From a phage, in the sequence record PQ724394.1: 64,000 nucleotides of DNA; one strand, written 5' to 3'. Positions 18,867-28,939 of this stretch are shown here, in pieces. The translations under genes and the position numbers were made by a program. The notes under the pieces are model-generated. The model saw nothing but the letters and a program-made list of their open reading frames with translations. It had not been told where the DNA came from and searched no databases. The first letter of the stretch is position 1. The number at the start of each line of letters is the position of its first letter.

Positions 18867-19439
18867 TTACCATTCCAATGCTTTCTTTTTCAAGTCTTTT
18901 TGTTCTTTCACATTTTTGGTTACAGATTTCAAGAACTCGTCCGTAACCAACCCTTTCATCTTCTTAAGCATTGCCGGAAGATGGCCTTTAATTTTATAAG
19001 TCTCGAGATAACGATAAGCGTCATCATTATTAATTGAATGGTATTTCATCAATAAACGAGTAATAAAAACTACACTAACTTCATCATCATGGGCCTTAGC
19101 CCATTTACCAAATCTTTTACCCTTAGGAACAGCATGTAAAAGATAATTGAAGTGACTTTGGTCGTCAAGTTTAAGACAGTTAACCATCGCGGCTTGCATA
19201 ATGCAATCTACGTGTTGGCTCAAACTATTATCTAGCCAAAATTGATTATAGTTTTCTGATTGAGCTAAGTTACGTTGTTTTTTACCGTATGTGATATCGT
19301 TCATAATGGCAAACAATTCGTTTTCAGCCTTTTCTTTAAATGAATCGGCTAAGGCTTGAATAGCAGCGTCGTTACGTTGTTTCCAAGCAACTTCATGTTC
19401 ATTCAGTTCAACGTCATCATCAAAAAGACTTATAGCCAT
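18867..19439 (-). CDS. 62: clamp loader small subunit
   Basis: 190 aa; similarity to T4 gp62; coupled to gene 44. Confidence 0.9.
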   Translation of the reverse strand: MAISLFDDDVELNEHEVAWKQRNDAAIQALADSFKEKAENELFAIMNDITYGKKQRNLAQSENYNQFWLDNSLSQHVDCIMQAAMVNCLKLDDQSHFNYLLHAVPKGKRFGKWAKAHDDEVSVVFITRLLMKYHSINNDDAYRYLETYKIKGHLPAMLKKMKGLVTDEFLKSVTKNVKEQKDLKKKALEW

Positions 19440-20389
19440 TGGAGCTCCAGAGCAAGTTGGATAAACAGATATGTCAGGTGAATTTCTGGGTTAGCAGCAA
19501 TACCATGGTATTGGTTATTTTCACCGACGATTTCATACATTCTAACAATGCTTGGTCCAGGCAATTTACCATATAGTTCGTTAGCCAATGTCATAATAAA
19601 GTTGGCATAATCATTGACATGACGTGGAGCTAATGCACGGAGTTCTTTAAAGTTTTTATCTTTCAGTGCAGCCACTACTTCATCAATAGGCGAATTGGTA
19701 TTCATTACAATACTCAAAATGCCTGTATCGATTTTACCACTTGAGGAATAACGGTCTAGTTGGTTAACTGTTTTACGGAAGTCAGGGAAGTTTTGTTTAA
19801 CTAAAGCAGCAATAACTTTAAGGTCTTCGACTTCAACATTTTCATTTTTACAAATTGCTACAGCACGATGAATCATTTCTTTCATCATGGATGTTTGGTC
19901 AGCTGGAGTGGCTTCACCAAATTTAATTACACGACAACGGGATTGAAGTGGACCGATGATACCATCAATATTGTTTGCTGTAATAATTACAGAACAGTTT
20001 GAGGAATAGGCCTCTAAGAATGAACGAAGGTGGCGTTGAGCTTCAGCTACACCAGCACGGTCGAATTCGTCAATAACAATTACCTTACGTTTACCTTCGA
20101 TAGATTTAGAAGATGCAAAACGAGTAAGTTCGTTACGAACGAAATCAATACGACAGTCAGAACCGTTAACAAACAACATGTCTGAATTTGTATCAGCACA
20201 CAATGCTTTAGCCACGGTAGTTTTACCTGTGCCTGGTGAAGCAGAGACTAGGATAATGTTAGGGATTAGGCCCTTATTAACAATGGCTTGGAGAGTTTCT
20301 TTATCATGAGCAGGCAGAATACATTCAGATAAAGTACCTGGACGATATTTCTGTTCCCACATGAATTCATTATTATTTACTGTAAGCAT
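19430..20389 (-). CDS. 44: clamp loader large subunit (AAA+)
   Basis: 319 aa; Walker A SPGTGKTT; N-terminus like T4 gp44. Confidence 0.95.
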   Translation of the reverse strand: MLTVNNNEFMWEQKYRPGTLSECILPAHDKETLQAIVNKGLIPNIILVSASPGTGKTTVAKALCADTNSDMLFVNGSDCRIDFVRNELTRFASSKSIEGKRKVIVIDEFDRAGVAEAQRHLRSFLEAYSSNCSVIITANNIDGIIGPLQSRCRVIKFGEATPADQTSMMKEMIHRAVAICKNENVEVEDLKVIAALVKQNFPDFRKTVNQLDRYSSSGKIDTGILSIVMNTNSPIDEVVAALKDKNFKELRALAPRHVNDYANFIMTLANELYGKLPGPSIVRMYEIVGENNQYHGIAANPEIHLTYLFIQLALELQWL

Positions 20390-20450
20390 ATTAATTTCCT
20401 CAGGTTTGTTTTTACATTATACTCCAAGGGAGGAAATTCCTCCCTATGCT

Positions 20451-21149
20451 TTAGAACGAGTGGCTTGAGCCTGCTTCCATAGCTAATACATAAGAAGCTT
20501 GTGTACCTTCAAACTTAGCCGCAAATCGAGCATCCTGACCTTCACCACGGGCCCATAGCAATACATGGTAATCAGCCGGCATCATTTTCATATTGGTTTT
20601 GTTAATGATGAACTTAAAGTCAGGGCCATCATGGTCAGCCACGACCAGAGAATACAATGGACGTGCCAGGTCCTTATCATCAACTTGTTTGTAGCCATTG
20701 ATTACAATTTTACCGTTGTCTACGGTAATAGCAAATGTATCGATACTCAGACCAGAGGACACACGCATCAACTGTTGATAATCTTCGGCCTTCAGGTCAA
20801 AAATAACTTCAGCCACTGGGAACGGGATAGCTTTACTTGGGAATGCGATTGTGCTTGGGTCGGCAATAGGCCACTTAATTGTTGAACGTTGGTCTTTAAT
20901 AATTAATGTGGTTTGGTCTTCACTTACCGAAACTTCAGCACTTTCTGATACCAAAGACAGAATACTTAAGAAGCCATTCAAATCATAGATGGCTGCTTCT
21001 ATATCGAAGGTATCACTTACAGTAGCTTCACCATAACTTGCACCAGTAACAGATCGGGTTAGAATAGTGTTACCAGGTTTAAGCATGATACCTGGGTTGA
21101 TACTAGAGAAGTTTTTCAGAATGTTCAGGGTTTCTTTAGAGAATTTCAT
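20451..21149 (-). CDS. 45: sliding clamp
   Basis: 232 aa; similarity to T4 gp45 throughout. Confidence 0.95.
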   Translation of the reverse strand: MKFSKETLNILKNFSSINPGIMLKPGNTILTRSVTGASYGEATVSDTFDIEAAIYDLNGFLSILSLVSESAEVSVSEDQTTLIIKDQRSTIKWPIADPSTIAFPSKAIPFPVAEVIFDLKAEDYQQLMRVSSGLSIDTFAITVDNGKIVINGYKQVDDKDLARPLYSLVVADHDGPDFKFIINKTNMKMMPADYHVLLWARGEGQDARFAAKFEGTQASYVLAMEAGSSHSF

Positions 21150-21174
21150 AATGTTTCCTTATCAAGTCAAATTA

Positions 21175-21609
21175 TTAAGCAATTACGATCATTTGTTTAC
21201 GGATTGATTCAGGCAGAGATTCAATATACTCTGGAATCTTGGAAGCAATAATAGAACCGGCTTCAAGCAACTGCTCATCAGGGTCGACGCAATAATCATC
21301 TTCTAAACGTTCAGAACCGTCGCGGTCGATAACAAGTTTAGCACCTGCAGCCAAAGAATCTTTAAAGTGTTTACGCATGATTTCAATCCACTTATCAGAT
21401 ACATCGTTATCGATGATACTGTACAGCATAAACTTGGTTTCTTGTGGAAGAGACTGCAGTCGGCGTGCAGAGTCGGTATCAATATTCAGTACCCATGATT
21501 TACGGATACGGTTCTGATTATGTGGGTTGGAATCAGTACGGATGGTTTTAACTTGGATATCTTTAACGGTAACGCCATTAGAAGTAGCAAACATAATATT
21601 TTCTCTCAT
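21175..21609 (-). CDS. rpbA: RpbA-like RNA polymerase binding protein
   Basis: 144 aa ORF in rpbA position between 45 and 46. Confidence 0.5.
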   Translation of the reverse strand: MRENIMFATSNGVTVKDIQVKTIRTDSNPHNQNRIRKSWVLNIDTDSARRLQSLPQETKFMLYSIIDNDVSDKWIEIMRKHFKDSLAAGAKLVIDRDGSERLEDDYCVDPDEQLLEAGSIIASKIPEYIESLPESIRKQMIVIA

Positions 21610-21650
21610 TTAGTTGGTAAATGTATTATAAATCAATATTTTAAAGCAAT

Positions 21651-21842
21651 TTAATCAAAATACTCATAGACAAACCATGCTGGATTTCTATTTGACATGA
21701 TTGTAACATATTCTGACTTAAAAGCATTTTGGAGATAATCTTCAGTAACAAGATGTTCGTCTCCAGAGAAGTTGTTAACTAAAACATATCTCTTTATTTC
21801 TGGAACGGCCAACAAATGCTGGCCTGTTATAAAATCACTCAT
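21651..21842 (-). CDS. hypothetical protein (63 aa)
   Basis: ORF coupled to gene 46. Confidence 0.4.
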   Translation of the reverse strand: MSDFITGQHLLAVPEIKRYVLVNNFSGDEHLVTEDYLQNAFKSEYVTIMSNRNPAWFVYEYFD

Positions 21843-23521
21843 TCCATCACCGTGAATCGTCCAACTTTCTTCATTTGAAGATGTTGGCCATAAGCTTGTG
21901 GGTCATGGTCTCGGTGAGAGATAATGAACACGTTCGTATCCTCAAGGCTATTCAAGATGGTTGCAATGCTCTTAACGCCTTCAGCGTCAGTTGCACTGTC
22001 AAATACCTCATCAAGAATCAGTGTGGATATATTAACACCTGATACCCTAGAAGCAATATCACGCCATGTAAAAAGTAGTGCGATATCAATACGTGCTTTC
22101 TCACCCTGTGAAAATGAAGCATAACTAAAGTCTTCACGTCCACGTGATTTAATCGTCTCATTGAATTCTTCGTCTAGGGTAAAGACGTAGTCCGCTTCCA
22201 TAATCTTCAAATAAGAATTAATCTGCTTATTAAAGATAGGAATGTATTTCTTAATAATGGAACCTTTAATACCAGTATCCTTCAACATTTCTGTCAGAAT
22301 TCCACGATGATATTTTTCCATTACCAAGGACGATTTGGTAGAGACGATTTTATCAAGCTCTGCTTGAAGCGCAGCAATCTCTTCGGCATTACTTACAAAC
22401 TCAGCTGCTGCCTGGTCAATTAATACCTTAACCTTTTTAGCTTTCTCTACAGCAGTAATGGCTTGCTGTTTATGAGTAGCTATCTGAGATTTAATAGCCA
22501 AAGCTTTATTGCGTTGTTCGGTTACTTGGTCTTTAATGAGCTTGAGTTCTTGGTATTGCTCATTAATCTTATCCAAAGATTTTTGAAGCTCAAAGTTTTT
22601 ATCCTTAATTTTAGTAAGGATATTACCATGCTCTTCTAACCCTTGCATACACGTAGGACACTGGCCACCGGTTTCGTATAACTTAATTACCTTTGTAAAG
22701 GTTGCCATATCATTTTTGATTGCAAATCCTTTATTACTCAGGTCACTCATGGAGTTGCTAGGGTCATCACCTACGATAACATTGAGTAATTCATCAGTCA
22801 GGGATTCTATGCTCGCCTTCGCAGTCCTGGCTTCTTTAACGAGCTCATCATACATTAATTGTAGACGGGCAGCGTTCTCGCCAGATAATTTACGTTGACG
22901 TTCTTCGTTGTCATTATAAATTTTAATTTGTTGGGTAATAGAATCTTGCTTAACGTCTATTACTTGGATTTGGCTATTAGTCTCACGAATCAAAGATTTG
23001 TTCAACTTATCCATATCCGCTAATACAGAAACCTCTAAGAGGTCTTCGACGAGTTTTCTTCTTGCAGGAGTGGATAGGCCCATAAAAGGGGTATATCCAG
23101 CTGTGCCGAGTACGACGATTTGTTTGAAGCTTGCGTAGGACATTCCGATAAGCTGTTCAAATTCCGCTTGGAAGTCTTTACTGCTGGCAGATTCATCAAG
23201 ACGTTCACCGTCACAAGAGATTTCAAAAACGTTGGGTTTTTGCCCGCGTTTGATATAGTATTCTTTGCCATCATATTCCATCCACAGTTCGACCAAAAGG
23301 TCTTTCTTGTTACTTGAGTTAATCAACTGCCCTTTCTTAACATCGCGAAAAGGCTTACCGAACAGAGCAAATGTAACGGCTTCAAGGAATGTTGATTTCC
23401 CTGCACCATTTTTACCAGTGACTAAGGTCTTTTGGACCTTATCAAGTTGGATTGTAATAGGCTGCTGCCCTACCGACATAATATTTTTATACGTTACTTT
23501 CTTTAACTTAAAAGTCTTCAT
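21839..23521 (-). CDS. 46: recombination endonuclease subunit (SbcC/Rad50-like)
   Basis: about 560 aa; Walker A GKNGAGKST; long coiled-coil; start chosen at MKTFKLKKV by similarity to T4 gp46. Confidence 0.9.
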   Translation of the reverse strand: MKTFKLKKVTYKNIMSVGQQPITIQLDKVQKTLVTGKNGAGKSTFLEAVTFALFGKPFRDVKKGQLINSSNKKDLLVELWMEYDGKEYYIKRGQKPNVFEISCDGERLDESASSKDFQAEFEQLIGMSYASFKQIVVLGTAGYTPFMGLSTPARRKLVEDLLEVSVLADMDKLNKSLIRETNSQIQVIDVKQDSITQQIKIYNDNEERQRKLSGENAARLQLMYDELVKEARTAKASIESLTDELLNVIVGDDPSNSMSDLSNKGFAIKNDMATFTKVIKLYETGGQCPTCMQGLEEHGNILTKIKDKNFELQKSLDKINEQYQELKLIKDQVTEQRNKALAIKSQIATHKQQAITAVEKAKKVKVLIDQAAAEFVSNAEEIAALQAELDKIVSTKSSLVMEKYHRGILTEMLKDTGIKGSIIKKYIPIFNKQINSYLKIMEADYVFTLDEEFNETIKSRGREDFSYASFSQGEKARIDIALLFTWRDIASRVSGVNISTLILDEVFDSATDAEGVKSIATILNSLEDTNVFIISHRDHDPQAYGQHLQMKKVGRFTVME

Positions 23522-23771
23522 CGTTATAAGCATCCTTGATGCATGATTCAGCCATATGAATTAATGTTTCTGGAGTATCATCTACCATTACATTAAAGCT
23601 AAATTCCACAGCCCAATCGGTAGCAACATAAACTTTAATAAGCTCGCCGGTATCACGAGTGCTCACGGCTTCAAACCAGAACTTAATTGTACTAGGTTGG
23701 CCATCATCGTCAATAACTATACAGTCGTGTTCCAGTTCAAGTCCTGATTTTTTGAATTCATCTAAAGTCAT
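23508..23771 (-). CDS. hypothetical protein (87 aa)
   Basis: ORF between 47 and 46. Confidence 0.45.
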   Translation of the reverse strand: MTLDEFKKSGLELEHDCIVIDDDGQPSTIKFWFEAVSTRDTGELIKVYVATDWAVEFSFNVMVDDTPETLIHMAESCIKDAYNDEDF

Positions 23772-24790
23772 CGTGTAACCTCATTATAAAGTTGTGCGGC
23801 CATAGTCTTAAGGGCTTTAACGTCTTCTTCAGTGTGGCCATCAGGAAGGGCGTCGATATAATCATACATCATATCCAAGAGGGATTTAACTTCATCTTCC
23901 TCTTCAGAATCATCGATATCAACACTATTATCTACCTTAGACACAATACGTAAAGAGTGAACAACCTTTTCAAGCTCTGATTCGAACTTAGTAAGGCCGT
24001 CATCGATTTTATCGACTATAACACGAACTGCGATATTTGTAAAATCTTTGTAATCGATAGTCGCATTAGGATAATGAATCTTACGATGCCAACAGGTTTC
24101 ATTAATGATGAAATCCATTTTATGAGTTTCGGTATCGAAAATCCAGAAACCACGAGGGTCGTTCTCATCGCCTGCAGTAAGGGTCCATGGAGTACCAATG
24201 TACTTGACGTTTGCTGCATCAGAAATAGTATGGAAGTGGCCTGACCAAACTTGCTTATACTTTTTAAGGAAATCAGGTTCTAAACCATGGGATTTCATTC
24301 CTTTATAGAAATAGAAACCATTTAATTCCCAATGGCCAACACAGAAATCTGCTGTGGTATTTTTGATATGGTCCATGATATCGGTCGTGTTTTCTTCACA
24401 CATCCATGGAATCAAATCAATTTCGGTGCCATCAAAGTTAACCGTAGTAGGTTTCTCAATAACCTTGATATGGTCATATTTACCGAGAACTTCAGAAGCA
24501 GCATTAGGAGTCAAGGTATTTTTGTAGTGCATATCATGATTACCAACAATGGTATACATGGTAATGCCATTAGCTTTAAGCAAATCAGAGATTTCGCGAG
24601 CGAATTCCATACACTTATGGGTAATTGCTTTACGAACGTCAAAGATATCACCGTACTGAATCCATACAGTAATGCCATTTGCTTTAGAATAATTGATAGC
24701 GTCTTGGATACCTTGACGTTGGATATTTTGTACCCACACATCATCGGCCTTAACTCCAAGGTGCCAGTCACCTGTGTTTAATATTTTCAT
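23768..24790 (-). CDS. 47: recombination endonuclease subunit (SbcD/Mre11-like phosphoesterase)
   Basis: 340 aa from MKILNTGDWHLG; metallophosphatase motifs (GDxHD-like, GNHD). Confidence 0.9.
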   Translation of the reverse strand: MKILNTGDWHLGVKADDVWVQNIQRQGIQDAINYSKANGITVWIQYGDIFDVRKAITHKCMEFAREISDLLKANGITMYTIVGNHDMHYKNTLTPNAASEVLGKYDHIKVIEKPTTVNFDGTEIDLIPWMCEENTTDIMDHIKNTTADFCVGHWELNGFYFYKGMKSHGLEPDFLKKYKQVWSGHFHTISDAANVKYIGTPWTLTAGDENDPRGFWIFDTETHKMDFIINETCWHRKIHYPNATIDYKDFTNIAVRVIVDKIDDGLTKFESELEKVVHSLRIVSKVDNSVDIDDSEEEDEVKSLLDMMYDYIDALPDGHTEEDVKALKTMAAQLYNEVTR

Positions 24791-24930
24791 AAGCCGAGCA
24801 CCGTTATCGCAATGCAAAATAAAATTATTGAGATGAACCCATCAGGAGTAGAAAAGAATCCTATCCAACAGGCTCGTGTGAATGTGCAGAATGCCATGAA
24901 TAACACGACATATCCTAAAAGTAATTCCAT
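24787..24930 (-). CDS. small hydrophobic peptide (47 aa)
   Basis: GAGGAG RBS; stop overlaps gene 47 start; sits where T4 alpha-gt would be. Confidence 0.35.
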   Translation of the reverse strand: MELLLGYVVLFMAFCTFTRACWIGFFSTPDGFISIILFCIAITVLGL

Positions 24931-24950
24931 ATGTTCTCCTCAGTTGGTTC

Positions 24951-24976
24951 ATTTTATCATCCGAATATAAAGCAAA
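24951..24976 (-). promoter_or_regulatory. MotA-type middle promoter candidate
   Basis: TTTGCTTTA box, 11-nt spacer, TAAAAT; directly after the gene-47-upstream terminator hairpin. Confidence 0.4.
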
Positions 24977-24993
24977 AAAGGAGCCTAAGCTCC
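24974..24993 (-). terminator. intrinsic terminator
   Basis: GGAGC-TTAG-GCTCC hairpin plus T6 run. Confidence 0.65.
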
Positions 24994-25430
24994 TTTACCA
25001 ATTAATACACCATACAGAGGTTCATGAGAAGACCTGAACTTGATAGGCTTATAGGTAATAGTACCTTCATTTTCTGCTTTAATACGAGCGGCTTCAAATT
25101 GAAGTATCATCTCATTTTTGTCAGATTTAATCTTATCAAAATCCATCGAATTCGTCATTCATAAAACCTCTTAAACTTTTTCGTATTCGTCATTCATAGC
25201 TTAAAAATCCGGATGTTCGTCTTTCATTAGCCACCTGTCCATGTTATCATCGTTGCCACCACTTCTTAAGTTGATGTGAATCCACCCAAACCTTGGCTAC
25301 AGGCTCAATCCGAAAAATTTCGTCGGAATATTGCCCGACCATTTTATATTCGGTTTCAGTCTGCTTAATACAAATATTACCGTATGAGCGAAGTCTGAAG
25401 GCGGCTCCAATAAGAAGCCGTTTAAAGGGT

Positions 25431-25742
25431 TTATTTACTAGCGCCATTGATAATTTCCCAAATCTGTTTACGCGTAGTTTCCCACATAACTCTAACGATT
25501 TCGTCAGTAGTTGGTTGACGGTAAATACCACGTAATTTAATTATAGCATATTTGTAAGCTTCGAAATTGTTTTCGAGAACAGCGCCCTGAGCATGTGTAT
25601 TAAGACGCTTAATTTCACGGGCATTCTTTTTAAGAATTTTGGCAGCTTGAGAAGCGGCTTCTTTAGCATTATTCTCTTCTAAACGCTTCTGGGCTTCTTC
25701 AATTTGCTCTTCGGTCAATTGAGAAATGTCGGTGCTTTGCAT
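25431..25742 (-). CDS. hypothetical protein (103 aa)
   Basis: ORF between 47 and 55. Confidence 0.4.
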   Translation of the reverse strand: MQSTDISQLTEEQIEEAQKRLEENNAKEAASQAAKILKKNAREIKRLNTHAQGAVLENNFEAYKYAIIKLRGIYRQPTTDEIVRVMWETTRKQIWEIINGASK

Positions 25743-25743
25743 A

Positions 25744-25992
25744 TTAATCCTTGTAATTCAGTTTTATATAAAAATCTTCGTCGGTAACGTGATAGTTATA
25801 AGTTAATGTTCCTTTTTCAGCTTTAATTTCTACCGAATCAGGGTGTTTTGGGTCTATTACAATAGGAAGCTTGGCAATATCCTTAAGATACATTTTAAGA
25901 ACATAAGGAATTGCCGAATACTCTCCATCTACTTCTTCTAAAAGGCCTACCAGGTTAATCTTGAGTTCCATATAAAAAATCCAGCTCACCAA
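25744..25992 (-). CDS. hypothetical protein (82 aa)
   Basis: ORF between 47 and 55. Confidence 0.4.
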   Translation of the reverse strand: MVSWIFYMELKINLVGLLEEVDGEYSAIPYVLKMYLKDIAKLPIVIDPKHPDSVEIKAEKGTLTYNYHVTDEDFYIKLNYKD

Positions 25993-26512
25993 CTTTAGAT
26001 TCGGCGCTCTTATCAGACCCTGGCGCTTTAACTAAAGAGGTTTCGTACTGAGTCATTTTGTCGTAAATATCCTGGATAAAAGTTTCATCTGCGATACCTA
26101 CCATGTCGTCGTCATTAGCGTCATAAACGTTATGGACGAAGTAGCTGTATTTCTTTGCCATTTCTTTACGTTCTTTCTTGATACGCTGAACAAAGGCATT
26201 AAAACAAGCCATAGTGATATATGCATGTGGGTTGTCGTATTTTGTTTCGTCGAAGTTATGAAGACCTTTAATGGAAGCTTCGATTCCATCAGCAATCATT
26301 TCTTGCTTCCAAGATTGGGTATATCCGGAGAAGTTGAAACGCTTAGAAAGGCCTTCAGCAATGAGCATAATAGCCAAGCCGATAACGTCGTTCTGACGAA
26401 CTATTTTATTAGGGTCGGTATTTTCTCGGAGTTCCGTTTTCCACTGGGTAATGGCTTTCAGAAGCTCCTTATTATTTACATAGTTATTTTTAGTCAGTTT
26501 AATTTCGGTCAT
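25955..26512 (-). CDS. 55: late-transcription sigma factor
   Basis: 185 aa, same length as T4 gp55; conserved position. Confidence 0.85.
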   Translation of the reverse strand: MTEIKLTKNNYVNNKELLKAITQWKTELRENTDPNKIVRQNDVIGLAIMLIAEGLSKRFNFSGYTQSWKQEMIADGIEASIKGLHNFDETKYDNPHAYITMACFNAFVQRIKKERKEMAKKYSYFVHNVYDANDDDMVGIADETFIQDIYDKMTQYETSLVKAPGSDKSAESKVGELDFLYGTQD

Positions 26513-26551
26513 TGTTACCTCAGATAACTCAAATCATAGGTCTATTATATC

Positions 26552-26579
26552 ATAGTATTTGGAGACCCGTTTAAAGCAT
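26552..26579 (-). promoter_or_regulatory. MotA-type middle promoter candidate upstream of gene 55
   Basis: ATGCTTTA box with TACTAT about 12 nt downstream. Confidence 0.4.
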
Positions 26580-26842
26580 CAGCGGAGTAAGCAATAAGCC
26601 TGAAATACGGTTTCAAGGATTTGTATGAACTCGGGATAAGAAATTGTATCAGTACATCCATGTTCGGACATATATCCGCAAAATTCTTTAAAAAGTTCCG
26701 GATAATCCCGATGGTTGTATTTGGAAATATGAGACTTCCATACTAAAGAAGTCTCACCACAAACAAACTCAACATCCATACAGTTATCTATTAAGAAAAA
26801 TCCGAGACCTTCATAAGCGAGGGTGGTGGATATGGGTTTCAT
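26579..26842 (-). CDS. hypothetical protein (87 aa)
   Basis: ORF. Confidence 0.4.
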   Translation of the reverse strand: MKPISTTLAYEGLGFFLIDNCMDVEFVCGETSLVWKSHISKYNHRDYPELFKEFCGYMSEHGCTDTISYPEFIQILETVFQAYCLLR

Positions 26843-27063
26843 TGTAGGAATCGAGCTCCTTCTAATGCATCATCAAGATTATCAAACTCATCGACGTAAT
26901 CAATACCGCCAACTTCATCTTTAGCGTATAGCCAGTACCGTTTAAATTCATATTCGATAATAAAGTGGTCACCTTCAATCTGGAGAGCCCCATCACCATT
27001 AAATTGAACTGCATAACCTGTAAAGCGGACATCATTCAGGAGTTCTTCTTTCATAGCAATCAT
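26839..27063 (-). CDS. hypothetical protein (74 aa)
   Basis: ORF coupled to the downstream gene. Confidence 0.4.
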   Translation of the reverse strand: MIAMKEELLNDVRFTGYAVQFNGDGALQIEGDHFIIEYEFKRYWLYAKDEVGGIDYVDEFDNLDDALEGARFLQ

Positions 27064-27100
27064 TCCAAGTTTTTATCGTAATTAGAGAGTTTTATTTTAA

Positions 27101-27430
27101 TCATTTCGCAGCCTTAACAATTTTCAGGTCAACGAATTTTTTCTTACGTTGATTCTTCATACGACGGATGGTTTTGTCTGTAATTTCACCCGGCTGCCAA
27201 GCTTTAGATTCGACACCAAAGGCGGCAACATCAAACTCGTCGAGAATATATTGAACCAGGATTTCACGAATACCGTTCTTACCAATTTTTTGGTCTTTAG
27301 AGTGCATAATTGGTAACAGTTCAGCAACCCATTGGTCAAGAACCTGAGGAGTTACAAAGCCGGTTTTCATCAGTTCGTTAACTTTATCGAAAGCGAAAGA
27401 GTTCAGTACGTTTTTAATAGCTTGTGACAT
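27101..27430 (-). CDS. hypothetical protein (109 aa)
   Basis: ORF; early promoter upstream; shares a 26-nt initiation region with gene 34022-34867. Confidence 0.45.
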   Translation of the reverse strand: MSQAIKNVLNSFAFDKVNELMKTGFVTPQVLDQWVAELLPIMHSKDQKIGKNGIREILVQYILDEFDVAAFGVESKAWQPGEITDKTIRRMKNQRKKKFVDLKIVKAAK

Positions 27431-27469
27431 AATAATTTCCTCAGTTTAAAATTTATAATCCGTGGGGCC

Positions 27470-27499
27470 ATTATACTCTGGTCCCAAGAGTTTGTAAAC
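27470..27499 (-). promoter_or_regulatory. early promoter (GTTTAC-N18-TATAAT)
   Basis: Upstream of 27101-27430. Confidence 0.55.
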
Positions 27500-27699
27500 T
27501 ATTTTTGTGCTAATGCACCTTTCCAGCCTTCATACATCATCGCGGCTGATATCAATATTGCTCCTGAGCATTTTGAATATTTGTTATTCCAAAACCAGTT
27601 TAGAAAAACTTCGTCATCAATACCTTGGGCTATCATGTTTTCAAAGAACTGACGACGGGCTTCAGCAATTCGTTGTGATAATTTAGATTCAGGATTCAT
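27499..27699 (-). CDS. hypothetical protein (66 aa)
   Basis: ORF. Confidence 0.35.
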   Translation of the reverse strand: MNPESKLSQRIAEARRQFFENMIAQGIDDEVFLNWFWNNKYSKCSGAILISAAMMYEGWKGALAQK

Positions 27700-27924
27700 T
27701 TAAATTTTCCAGTTACCGTTTTCATCAATAAATTCAATCCAGTCATTTACTGACCACTTAGTCGTATCGCCTTTTGGAGCAACATTTAAGGTGTATAATC
27801 CTTGTTTAAAAAGCATACGTTTGATATTCATATTTTCCTCAGCTGTAACGATAGCACTCGTTTGATTTACGTTTTGCAACTCGATGAGAAGTATTGTAAT
27901 CAGGTTCATCGTCATTGTAAACAT
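27700..27924 (-). CDS. hypothetical protein (74 aa)
   Basis: ORF. Confidence 0.35.
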   Translation of the reverse strand: MFTMTMNLITILLIELQNVNQTSAIVTAEENMNIKRMLFKQGLYTLNVAPKGDTTKWSVNDWIEFIDENGNWKI

Positions 27925-28132
27925 CTTTTTTCAGCTTTCTCACTTCTTTACGAAGTTGGCGATTCATTTCATTCTTAACTTCAGAATCAACGCCACGCAT
28001 ACGTTTCCACTTGTCAGAACGGAAGATATTTTCTTCAACTCGTTCCTGACTTACGCCGTCTGGTGCTTTACGACGTCCGGAATAATAAAAATCTTTTACA
28101 GACAATTCTTTACGACGGATAGTTTTACCCAT
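27839..28132 (-). CDS. hypothetical basic protein (97 aa)
   Basis: ORF overlapping its neighbour by 86 nt; start uncertain. Confidence 0.3.
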   Translation of the reverse strand: MGKTIRRKELSVKDFYYSGRRKAPDGVSQERVEENIFRSDKWKRMRGVDSEVKNEMNRQLRKEVRKLKKDVYNDDEPDYNTSHRVAKRKSNECYRYS

Positions 28133-28134
28133 AG

Positions 28135-28389
28135 TTACCTCAACAGTTTGTATCCAATAAGATTTTTAATGTACTGGATATCTTTGATATCCAAATCCAA
28201 CTTAAGGTCTTTCAGACGGTCGGCCAAGGTCAAAAAGGTTACATGCTTCCAATTCTTCACTGGGCAGCAATAAGTCTTAGGACCATTTGCAATTTCAATA
28301 TTCTTATCAGTGACGGTGAGAAAAATTAGGCGCTCATCATCCAGATTAAGGGTGACGACATTTTTCATTGAATGCAATTTCAGGCTCAT
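28135..28389 (-). CDS. hypothetical protein (84 aa)
   Basis: ORF. Confidence 0.4.
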   Translation of the reverse strand: MSLKLHSMKNVVTLNLDDERLIFLTVTDKNIEIANGPKTYCCPVKNWKHVTFLTLADRLKDLKLDLDIKDIQYIKNLIGYKLLR

Positions 28390-28562
28390 AATTTAATTTC
28401 CTTAGCTATCGAACAAAATACACCACGGTCACAAATCATTTTAATATTAAGGTCAATTATAGTATACCACACGTCCAGGCTAGATATTTCAGTTACTAGA
28501 ACAGCTTTGCCATTGATTGAATAATACTGGTTGACTTTAATTTCTTTATCTTGGATAGTCAT
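28386..28562 (-). CDS. hypothetical protein (58 aa)
   Basis: GAGGAG RBS and early promoter cassette upstream; translated by hand. Confidence 0.35.
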   Translation of the reverse strand: MTIQDKEIKVNQYYSINGKAVLVTEISSLDVWYTIIDLNIKMICDRGVFCSIAKEIKL

Positions 28563-28590
28563 AATGTTCTCCTCATGTGTTGATAGGATA

Positions 28591-28620
28591 GACTATAACA
28601 CGTGAGGAGAGGAAGTAAAC
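28591..28620 (-). promoter_or_regulatory. early promoter (GTTTAC-N17-TATAGT)
   Basis: Upstream of 28386-28562. Confidence 0.6.
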
Positions 28621-28621
28621 A

Positions 28622-28939
28622 CTAATCTTCAATTAAATCTCGGTCATAGCCAAGCTCAATCAAAAGGGATTTGAAGGCAGGAATATTTTCTATTTTCTTA
28701 TTATCAACAAAGATTACAGGATAGCGTATAGCTAAGCTCTTGAAGCCAGCACGTTTGGCCAATGATACTATAAGAGGCTTATCATATACTGCGCCTGACG
28801 GCGTCTGGTTAATCACAGGATAGAAAGTATATTGGATAGAAAGGGAATTTAGGAGCGATAGAACTGCAATGCACCCTGGACAGCGCATGACCGTCTCAGG
28901 GATACCGTAAATCTCAATTTTAGTTAACTTTTGGTCCAC
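28622..28939 (-). CDS. glutaredoxin/NrdH-like redoxin, probable GTG start
   Basis: Thioredoxin-fold pattern KIEIYG...CPGC; AAGGAG RBS 8 nt upstream of GTG at 28939; the longer ATG-initiated frame overlaps the neighbouring gene. Confidence 0.45.
   Translation of the reverse strand: MDQKLTKIEIYGIPETVMRCPGCIAVLSLLNSLSIQYTFYPVINQTPSGAVYDKPLIVSLAKRAGFKSLAIRYPVIFVDNKKIENIPAFKSLLIELGYDRDLIED

Noticed and set aside
20424-20442. GGGAGG-AATTT-CCTCCC hairpin between genes 45 and 44 as a terminator
   Set aside because: No T-run follows; more likely an RNA structure or translational operator region, not called.
24016-24219. Same-strand alternate-frame ORFs inside larger genes (e.g. 8294-8503, 9173-9355, 11440-11673, 13489-13683, 14032-14268, 23035-23274, 24016-24219, 24511-24771, 26098-26295, 27157-27339, 36320-36547, 48557-48880, 50086-50268, 50585-50794, 51389-51574, 52121-52321, 58384-58569, 61922-62140)
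   Set aside because: Fully embedded in a different frame of confidently called genes; no independent signals.
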